DNA from: Wigglesworthia glossinidia endosymbiont of Glossina brevipalpis | Lineage (GTDB): Bacteria > Pseudomonadota > Gammaproteobacteria > Enterobacterales > Enterobacteriaceae | Assembly (NCBI GenBank): GCA_000008885.1 | Contig: BA000021.3 | Coordinates: forward strand, 180,001 to 212,000 | Direction: 5' to 3' | DNA length: 32,000 nucleotides | Shown here: one piece after another, positions 10,419-18,752 of the stretch | How positions within the stretch are numbered: the first letter of the stretch is position 1 | Layout: each line of letters begins with the position of its first letter | Position numbers and translations under genes: made by a program | Notes under the pieces: generated by a model | Seen by the model: only the letters and a program-made list of their open reading frames with translations | Database searches by the model: none | What the model was told of the DNA's origin: nothing

Positions 10419-12379
10419 AAGTAATTGTTTTTGCTTATCATGAAATTGGATATATAGGGTTATCTTGTTTGATAAAGCTTGGATTTAAAGTTTTAAGTGT
10501 TATAACTCATATAGATGATCATGCTTCTGAAAAAATATTTTTTAGTTCTGTAAAGAAAAAATCTTTAAAACATAAAATACCAGTATTTTATCCAAAAAAT
10601 ATAAATAATTTAAAATGGATTGACTATTTATCAAAATTAAAACCAGATATAATTTTTTCTTTTTATTATAGAAAGATTTTAAGCGAAGATATTTTAAAAA
10701 TACCAAAATTAGGATCATTTAATTTACACGGATCATTGTTGCCAAAATATAGAGGATGCTCTCCTTTGAATTGGGTTTTAATAAATGGAGAAAAAACAAC
10801 AGGAGTTACATTACATAGAATGACAAAAAAAATAGATCATGGATCTATATTGTCTCAATACTCAATAAAGATAGAAGAAAAAGATACCTCCAAATCTTTA
10901 TATAAAAAATTATGTTATGCATCTATGTATATTTTGAATAAAACATTACCTATGATTTTAAAAAATAAAATAAATGAAATTGATTGTACAGATGATTTTT
11001 CTAGTTATTTTCATAAAAGATATCCAAAAGATGGATTAATAGATTGGAATCAATCGGCTAATAATATATATAATTTAATAAGAGCTTTAACAAAACCCTG
11101 GCCTGGAGCATTTAGTTATTTATTTGATAAAAAAATAATTATTTGGAAATCAAAAATAAGTTTTGAAAGTTATAAAACTCCTGGAACAATATTAAATTTT
11201 AATCCATTAATTATATCTTGCAAAAAAAAATCATTAGAAATTTTATCTGCTCAATACACAGAATGTAATATTCTTAACAAAAGAAATATTGAAAATATAT
11301 CAAGAATTAAAGGAAAAAAACTAATTATTAAAAATATAAAATCTTTTAAAAATTTAAAAAAAATATTAATACTAGGAGTTAATGGATTCATTGGATATCA
11401 TATTACAAATTTATTATTGAAATATAATAATTACAAAATATACGGTATAGATATAAAAAATAATTTAGTTAAAAGCTTTATAGGAAACGAAAAATTTTGT
11501 TTTATCAAAGGAGATATAAAACAATATTATAACTGGGTAAAGAAAAAGATAAAAAAATGCGATATTATTTTGCCTTTAATTGCTATAGCTAGACCAATGC
11601 AGTATATAAAAAATCCATTAAAAGTTTTTAAAATTGATTTTGAAGAAAATTTGAAAATTATACGTTATTGCGTAAAATATAAAAAAAGGATAATATTTCC
11701 TTCTACATCAGAAGTATATGGAATGTGCAAAGATGATTATTTTGACGAAGAAAATTCAAATTTAGTTACAGGTGCTATAAAAAATCAAAGATGGATTTAC
11801 TCTTCTTCAAAACAACTGTTGGATAGAATAATATGGGCTTATGGTGTAAAAAATAATTTAAATTTTACCATATTTAGACCTTTTAATTGGATAGGACCAG
11901 GCTTAGATGATTTTAAAATAGCTGAAAAACAAAACGCAAGAGTTACAACTCAAATTATTTTTAATTTAATTAATGGACTTCCTGTTACTATTGTTAATAA
12001 TGGAAATCAAAAAAGATGCTTTACAGATATTGATGATGGAATAGAAGCTTTGTTCGAAATAATAAAAAATAAAAATAATAAATGTAATAAAAAAATTATT
12101 AATATAGGAAATCCTCATAATGAATATACAATAATGCAATTAACGAAAATTATAATAAATATTATTTATTCTAATAATAGAAATTATAATTTTCCAAAAT
12201 TTTCTGGTTTTAATATGTTAAGTGGAACAAATTATTATGGAGAAGGCTATCAAGATATAGATCGTAGAAAACCAAATATTGATATTGCTAAAAAATTATT
12301 AAATTGGACACCAAAAACTAAAATAAGAATTACTTTAAGAAAAATAATAAATTTTTTTATTAATAATAATACATCATAA
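10415..12379 (+). CDS. arnA: Bifunctional UDP-4-amino-4-deoxy-L-arabinose formyltransferase / UDP-glucuronate oxidative decarboxylase
   Basis: 654 aa with both domains. Formyltransferase [24 protein letters not shown] plus DHGSI; dehydrogenase [30 protein letters not shown]. Confidence 0.97.
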
Positions 12380-12389
12380 CTACATTAAT

Positions 12390-13297
12390 ATGAAAAAAAA
12401 AAATATGTTGCAATAAGAATTGACGTAGATACTTTAATGGGGACTAAGTTAGGTGTACCTAACCTATGGGAAATTTTAAACAAAAAAAAAATAAAAGCAA
12501 CTTTTTTTTTTACTGTTGGCCCTGATAATATGGGAAGACATTTTTGGAGATTAATAAAACCAAAATTTTTATTTAAAATGTTTAGAATAAATCCTTTTAA
12601 AATTTATGGGTTAAACATATTAAGATCTGGATTTATAGGAAAAGGTAAAAATATAGGTAAAATATGTAAAAATGAAATAAAATCTGCATCAAAAGACCAT
12701 GAAATCGGATTGCATGCATGGGATCATTTTTCTTGGCAAACTTGGATAAATATGTTCAGTAAAAAAAAAATTATTAAACATATAAACCTAGGTAAAAATG
12801 CTTTGCAACACATCATAAAATATCCAGTTACATGCTTTGCTTCTCCAGGCTGGAGAACAAACGAATATGTATTACGTACATTAAAAAATAATTTTAATTT
12901 TTCATATAACAGTGACTGCAGAGGAAGCAATTTATTTTTTCCATATTTAGGTGATGGTAAAATTGGATCTTTGCAAATACCAGTGACACTTCCAACGTTT
13001 GACGAAGTTATTAACATAAAAACCACGATTAAAAAATATAATAGTTTTATTATAAAATTAATTAAAACACAATTAAATTTTTCTGTATATACTATTCACG
13101 CTGAAATAGAAGGAATGAAATATAAAAAAGAATTCGAAGAGTTTTTAAACATAGCAATAAACGAAGGAATTAATTTTTGCAGATTAAAAGATTTAATACC
13201 TAAAGAAATTGAAAATATACCAATATATAAAATAAATCATAAAACAATACCAGGAAGAGATGGATGGATTGCATATCAACAAAAAATAATAAAATAA
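12390..13297 (+). CDS. arnD: 4-deoxy-4-formamido-L-arabinose-phosphoundecaprenol deformylase; 5' end interrupted by an A11 tract (frame restored by +1 A)
   Basis: The ORF track starts at 12437 and omits the conserved N-terminus. In the same frame upstream of 12437 the DNA encodes ...KYVAIRIDVDTLM|GTKLGVPNLWEIL (matching ArnD [21 protein letters not shown]). The only nearby ATG (12390-12392) is one nucleotide out of frame, separated by A11 at 12393-12403. The rest is classical ArnD (FFTVGPDNMGRHFWRL, GLHAWDHFSWQ, YNSDCRGSNLF, PVYTIHAE-like VYTIHAEIEG). Confidence 0.9.
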
Positions 13298-14952
13298 ATA
13301 AAATTAAATTTTCAATAACAATAATTGCATTTATTTTGTTGTATTATTTAATACCACTAAACTATAGGGATTTATGGCAACCAGATGAAACTAGATATGC
13401 AGAAATTAGCAGAGAGATGTTGCAAAATAAAAATTGGAGTATTCCATATTTATTGGATATAAGATATTTTGAGAAACCAATTTTTGGATATTGGATAAAT
13501 AGCATAAGTCAATTTTTTTTTGGTCATAATAATTTTTCAGTTAGATTTGGATCTTTTTTATTTACTTTATTTAGTGCTAATTTAATTTATTTATTTTCTA
13601 AAAAAATATGGAAAAATAAAATTTTATCTTTAAATTCAGTAATAATATTTTTATCCATTTTATTAGTATATATCATAGGTACATATTCTGTATTAGATTC
13701 AATAATATCTTTTTGGATTAATTTATCTATGATTTCGTTTTGGTTAGCAAGTACTTCAAAAGTTAAAAAATATAAAATAAAAAATTATATTATACTCGGA
13801 ATATCTATTGGTATAGGTTTTATAACAAAAGGATTTATATCTTTATTAATTCCTTTCATTAGCATTTTTATTTGGTTATTTTTAACAAAAATAAATATTA
13901 ATAAAACTATAATTCATTGTTTTTTTTCATTATTAATTTCTATTTTAATAATTTTCCCATGGATTTACAAAATATCTTATTTAGAGAAAGATTTTATTAG
14001 ATATTTTATTTTTATAGAGCATATACAAAGGTTTATTGGAGAAAATGCTCAACACAAATCTCCTTTTTGGTATTACTTTCCAATATTTATTATCGGATGT
14101 TTGCCTTGGTCTGGATTTTTATTTAGCACGTTAAATCTTGCTTGGAACACAAGAAAAAATAAAAAAATAGAATTTTATCTTTTACTGTGGATAATAGTTC
14201 AATTTTGTTTTTTTAGTATTTCTAAAGGAAAACTACCAACATATATTTTGCCTTGTTTTTTCCCTTTATCTATATTAATAGCAAAAAATATAGAAAAATG
14301 CAATTTAAAAAATAAAAAAAAATTGTTAAAAATAAATTCTATAATTAATACAATTGTGGGATCAACTTTATTGATTTTTATAATTTTGCATGAAAAATAT
14401 AAATTTTTTGGATGTTCTTTATATAATAAAAATGAATATTATAAACTTATATTATGCATATTTAGTATTTTTGTATGGATTTTTTTAAATTTATGTATAA
14501 TTTTTAATGATTTTAAATTTTGGAGAATTACATCTCTTAGTATTATTGGAATAGCATTTTTATTTGGATTATATGTTCCAGAAAAAATAATTTACGCTAA
14601 ACAACCACAATTATTTATTAAAGAAGTTTTTGATGATTTAGAATCTTCAGATTTTATTTTTTCTAACAACATAGGTTTATCTACTGCTATATCTTGGGAA
14701 ATAAAAAAGAATAATATTTTTATTTTTGAAAACAAAGGAGAACTAGAATATGGATTAAGTTATTTAGATTCTAAACATAGATTCATAAAAAAAGAAGATT
14801 TTAAAAATTGGTTGTCAAAAAATAAAGAAAAAAAAATATCTCTTGTTATGTTATTACCAGATAAACATTATAATTGGAAAAAATTTAATGTTCCAGAAAC
14901 AAAAAAGTTTTTTCAACATGAAAGATTAATTTTATTAAAATATAATTTTTAA
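13264..14952 (+). CDS. arnT: Undecaprenyl phosphate-alpha-L-Ara4N transferase (lipid A Ara4N transferase)
   Basis: 562 aa membrane GT83 protein. LWQPDETRYAEISREML, RYFEKPIFGYWINSI, TKGFISLLIPF, FSISKGKLPTYILPCF; gene order C-A-D-T. Exact start uncertain (overlaps arnD by 34 nt). Confidence 0.96.
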   Translation: MDCISTKNNKINKIKFSITIIAFILLYYLIPLNYRDLWQPDETRYAEISREMLQNKNWSIPYLLDIRYFEKPIFGYWINSISQFFFGHNNFSVRFGSFLFTLFSANLIYLFSKKIWKNKILSLNSVIIFLSILLVYIIGTYSVLDSIISFWINLSMISFWLASTSKVKKYKIKNYIILGISIGIGFITKGFISLLIPFISIFIWLFLTKININKTIIHCFFSLLISILIIFPWIYKISYLEKDFIRYFIFIEHIQRFIGENAQHKSPFWYYFPIFIIGCLPWSGFLFSTLNLAWNTRKNKKIEFYLLLWIIVQFCFFSISKGKLPTYILPCFFPLSILIAKNIEKCNLKNKKKLLKINSIINTIVGSTLLIFIILHEKYKFFGCSLYNKNEYYKLILCIFSIFVWIFLNLCIIFNDFKFWRITSLSIIGIAFLFGLYVPEKIIYAKQPQLFIKEVFDDLESSDFIFSNNIGLSTAISWEIKKNNIFIFENKGELEYGLSYLDSKHRFIKKEDFKNWLSKNKEKKISLVMLLPDKHYNWKKFNVPETKKFFQHERLILLKYNF

Positions 14953-14966
14953 TTAAATAAAAAGAT

Positions 14967-15579
14967 TTAATTTAATTTAAATAATTTTATATTAGTCCAT
15001 TTATTTAATATTTTTTTTGTAAAAAGTATTCCGTCTCTGCTTATAGAAGAAAATGTTAATACTTCTATATATATATTTTTTGTATGAGTTGTTTTTTCAA
15101 TATATTTTTTGAACAATGATAATTTTTTTTTTCTTTTTTCAAAATTTATTTTATCGGATTTGCTCAGTAATATTAAAACTGGAATTTTTAAATTAAAAGA
15201 TAAATATATTAATTTTTCATTAAATTCTGATACTGATCTTCTTATATCTTCTAATATAATTAGAATTTTTAAAGATTTGCGTGATTTAAAATAATCATCT
15301 AATAAATATTTAATTTTACTTTTTTTTTTTAGAAATTTTAGAATATCCAAATCCAGGTAAATCTATTATTCTTAATTTTTTATTCATGATAAACACATTA
15401 ATGAAATTTGTTCTCCCAGGTTTTTTACTGCTTATAGATATTTTTTTCTTATCGAATAAAGCGTTTATAGCCTTTGATTTTCCAGAATTAGAACGGCCAA
15501 AAAAAGCTATTTCTAATCCATTATCTTTTGGAAGATTAAATAAATTATTTGCACTTAACAAAAATTTTATATTATTCAT
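14967..15579 (-). CDS. engB: Ribosome biogenesis GTPase EngB/YihA; split into two ORFs by an 11-nt homopolymer
   Basis: ORF 15316..15579 carries [41 protein letters not shown]...[10 protein letters not shown]...[21 protein letters not shown] 14967..15350 carries the continuation [27 protein letters not shown]...LLSKSDK...FSS. The two frames meet at T11 (plus strand) = A11 (coding) at 15320-15330; a net -1 or +2 nt restores a single EngB. Confidence 0.9.
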
Positions 15580-15678
15580 TTTAATTATTTATATAATTTT
15601 AATATTATTAGTAATAAAAAATATTTTCAATAAATTAGAATGTTTTAAAAACCGTAAATAACAACCTAAAAATAACTT

Positions 15679-16113
15679 TTATTTTTTAAAATAAATACTA
15701 TTCATCCAACTATCTAGAATAATAACTGCTGATTCAGAATCAATCAATTTTTTTTTCAATCCTTTATATCCATATTTTTTGAATAAAACAGATTTTGCTT
15801 CAATCGTTGTTAAACGTTCGTCATGCATCATAACTGGCATAAAAAATTTATTTCTTAATTGTTTTGCAAATTTTTTGGCTTTAATTGTAGACGTCTGATA
15901 ACTTCCATCCATATTAAGAGGTAATCCTACTATAATATATTTTGGTTCCCATAATAATATTATGTTATTTATTTTTCCCCAGTTTGGCACTCCTTTTACA
16001 TAAGATACTGATTCTAATGGTTTAGAAGTATTTGTTTTCATTTGCCCAATCGCAACTCCTATATTTTTTGTTCCAAAATCAAATGATATTAATAAATTAT
16101 TTCTATACATCAT
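15679..16113 (-). CDS. ruvX: Putative Holliday junction resolvase / pre-16S rRNA nuclease RuvX (YqgF)
   Basis: 144 aa. SFDFGTKNIGVAIGQ, IIVGLPLNMDG, HDERLTTIEA; 4-nt overlap with yqgE. Confidence 0.95.
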   Translation of the reverse strand: MMYRNNLLISFDFGTKNIGVAIGQMKTNTSKPLESVSYVKGVPNWGKINNIILLWEPKYIIVGLPLNMDGSYQTSTIKAKKFAKQLRNKFFMPVMMHDERLTTIEAKSVLFKKYGYKGLKKKLIDSESAVIILDSWMNSIYFKK

Positions 16114-16673
16114 GAGTGACCTATTTCACTAGATATATTTCTAATATCTATTCCTATAATTTTTGCAGATTCATACCATCTATCATAAATTGGAGTATTA
16201 AATAAAATTTTTAAGTTGGCTAAAGTTGTAATCCATGCATTATGTATAACTTCTTGTTCCAATTGCCCCTTTCCCCATTCAGAACACCCTAGAGCAACTA
16301 ATATTTTTTCTGGTTGAGAAGAAGTTCCTATTGTATTAAAAATATCATTTGATGTTGTAATTGTTATTTCTCTAGAAATATTTACGCTTGATTTAAAACT
16401 GTAACATGGAGAATGTAAAATAAAACTACGATCATCACTCAATGGTCCTCCAAATAGAACTGGATGATTTAATTTATCCATATCAATATTTTTTTCTATA
16501 TTTATTTTAAGTTTATTTAAAATATTTTTTATTGTATATTTATGAATAGGTTTATTTATTAAAATACCCATCGCTCCTTCTGTGCTATGTTGATATATAT
16601 AAACAACAGATCTCCTAAACAATGGATTTTTTATAGATGGCATTGCTATAAGAAAATGATGTTTTAAATTCAT
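16110..16673 (-). CDS. yqgE: UPF0301 family protein YqgE (AlgH-like)
   Basis: 187 aa. HHFLIAMPSIKNPLFRRSVVYIYQHSTEGAMGILINKP, VLFGGPL, LGCSEWGKGQLEQE. Confidence 0.95.
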   Translation of the reverse strand: MNLKHHFLIAMPSIKNPLFRRSVVYIYQHSTEGAMGILINKPIHKYTIKNILNKLKINIEKNIDMDKLNHPVLFGGPLSDDRSFILHSPCYSFKSSVNISREITITTSNDIFNTIGTSSQPEKILVALGCSEWGKGQLEQEVIHNAWITTLANLKILFNTPIYDRWYESAKIIGIDIRNISSEIGHS

Positions 16674-16753
16674 ATATTTTATACTTTTATAATTAAAAAT
16701 TTATTTTAAATAATATTATTATACAATTTTTATTGATAAAAATTATAAAATAT

Positions 16754-17737
16754 TTAATGTTTTATGTTTAAAAGTTTCTCAATACTATCCAATAAAATTC
16801 CAGAAATAGATACCTTGTATACTGATTCAATTTCATTAATACCAGTAGGACTTGTGATATTAATTTCTGTTAAATAATTTCCTATTATATCTAATCCAAC
16901 AAAAATTAATCCCTTATCCTTAAGGAAGGATGAAATATTATTAGAAATTTCATAATCTATTTTCCTTAAAGGAAGAATATCAAAAGAAGCTCCAGCAGCT
17001 AAATTTCCACGTATTTCTTTATCATTTGGAATTCTTACAAGGCAGTATGGTAATGGAGAACCATTAATCATTATAATTCTTCTATCCCCATTTAAAATTT
17101 CTTTTATATACTCTTGTATTAAACAAAAAGAATTTCCATAATTAGTTAATTGATCGATTATTACAGAGACGTTTGGATCATTTTTTTTCACATAAAAAAC
17201 AGAATCTCCTCCCATTTTATTTATGGGTTTTAATATAATATCTCCAAATTTTTCTTGAAACGAATAAATAGCTTTTTTGCTGCAACTTATTAAAGTTTTA
17301 GGAGAGTATTTAAATGATAAAGTAGATATCTTTTCATTATAATCCCTTAGGCTTTTAGGTTTGTTAATAATAAGAACTCCAAAATTTTCTATATGCTCTA
17401 AAATATATGTAATATATAAAAATTCTATATCAAACGGAGGATCTTTTCTCATTAAGATTACGTCTAATTCTTTTAGATTAATCGTATATTTTTTTTTAAA
17501 TGAATACCATTTTTTTTCATCATATTTAACTGATATTAAGTATGAATTTGCGTATACTTCTCCAACTTCATAATATATATCTTTCATTTCTATATAATAT
17601 AAAAAATAATTTCTTTTTTGTGCTTCTAGCATGATAGAAAAACTTGTATCTTTTTTTATTTTAATAGAAGAAATAGGATCCATTATTATTCCTAATTTTA
17701 TCAAAATTATAGACCTCTCAAAATTAAAAATCTCCAA
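16754..17737 (-). CDS. gshB: Glutathione synthetase
   Basis: 327 aa. IKLGIIMDPISSIKIKKDTSF, DVILMRKDPPFD, NKPKSLRDYNEK, ILKPINKMGGDSVF, RIPNDKEIRGNLAAG, GLIFVGLDIIG. Confidence 0.97.
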   Translation of the reverse strand: MEIFNFERSIILIKLGIIMDPISSIKIKKDTSFSIMLEAQKRNYFLYYIEMKDIYYEVGEVYANSYLISVKYDEKKWYSFKKKYTINLKELDVILMRKDPPFDIEFLYITYILEHIENFGVLIINKPKSLRDYNEKISTLSFKYSPKTLISCSKKAIYSFQEKFGDIILKPINKMGGDSVFYVKKNDPNVSVIIDQLTNYGNSFCLIQEYIKEILNGDRRIIMINGSPLPYCLVRIPNDKEIRGNLAAGASFDILPLRKIDYEISNNISSFLKDKGLIFVGLDIIGNYLTEINITSPTGINEIESVYKVSISGILLDSIEKLLNIKH

Positions 17738-18451
17738 AATACATTTGTAAAATAGAAACTATTGATATTACGCTTGTTTCTGTTCTTAAAATTCTTGGAC
17801 CAAATTTAATCTTATTAAAATTATTTTTTTCTACATGAAATACTTCTTCTTTAGAAAGACCACCTTCTGGTCCAATCAATAAATTAATATTTTTTATTTT
17901 TTGATTTATTTCTTTTATTTTTTTTTCAGAATAAGGATCGGCATAAATTTTAAAAGAAGTGCTTTTTGTATCACACCATTTATATATGGATATTGGATCA
18001 TTTATTTTTAACAAAAAATTTCTTCCGCATTGCTGAGAAGATTGAATAATGATTTTTTCCCAACGATCAATTATTTTATTTAAATTTTTTTTATTTAAAA
18101 ATTCGTTGGAACGTGAAGAAAATAATGGAGTTAATGTATGTATTCCAAGCTCAACAGATTTTTGTACTAAAAAATCCATGCTTTTTTTATTACATAAAAC
18201 TTGCCCTAAATTTATTTTCAAAGTAGATTCGACATATTTGTGTATTTGATGCATTAAGAATATATATGTATTTTTATTTTTATATTTTAAAATTTTTCCT
18301 AGGAATTCTTTTTCTTTTCCATTAAATATCAAAACAAGCATTCCTTTTTTTTTTCTTAAAGAAAATCTTAAATGAGAAGTAGAATCTTCTGAAAGTAAAA
18401 TTATTTGTTTTTTTTTAATAAAAAATTAACATATATTCTAGGAATTTTCAT
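17724..18451 (-). CDS. rsmE: 16S rRNA (uracil-1498-N3)-methyltransferase RsmE; 5' part separated by an A9 tract (frame restored by +1 A)
   Basis: The ORF track starts at 18341 (MLVLIFNG...), but the same frame extends upstream as IILLSEDSTSHLRFSLRKKKG-MLVLIFNG, matching RsmE. ATG at 18451-18449 opens MKIPRIYVNFLLKK... (E. coli MRIPRIYHPEPLT...), one nucleotide out of frame across A9 (plus-strand T9 at 18408-18416). Downstream motifs: LLIGPEGGLSKEE, FGPRILRTETS. Confidence 0.92.
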
Positions 18452-18752
18452 ATTTTTATAAAAAACAATTGTCAAATTTTTTAAAATTAAAAAATTACTG
18501 AATTATAATTCTAACATATTTTTAAATATAAAATTGAAAATAAATTAAATTATTAATTTTTTATTTATTATTAATATAATATTAAGTATTAATTTAAAAT
18601 TTTTACATATAAAATAATATTATATAATTATAAATTTTATATAGAAAATAATAATATATTTTTTATAAAAAATTATATTTATAATTTTATTATATATTAA
18701 TAATAAAATTTTTATAATTTATATTTTATATGTTAAAGGAAAAATTTTTCTT

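Noticed and set aside
12724-13026. Minus-strand 100-aa ORF in arnD
   Set aside because: Fully antisense to conserved ArnD sequence; spurious.
15386-15661. Plus-strand 91-aa ORF antisense to engB
   Set aside because: Overlaps the G1/G3 GTPase motifs of engB on the opposite strand; spurious.
18452-18752. Extremely AT-rich divergent region between rsmE and leuS, considered as a repeat or origin-like element
   Set aside because: No repeated box (DnaA-like or tandem unit) distinguishable from base-composition background.
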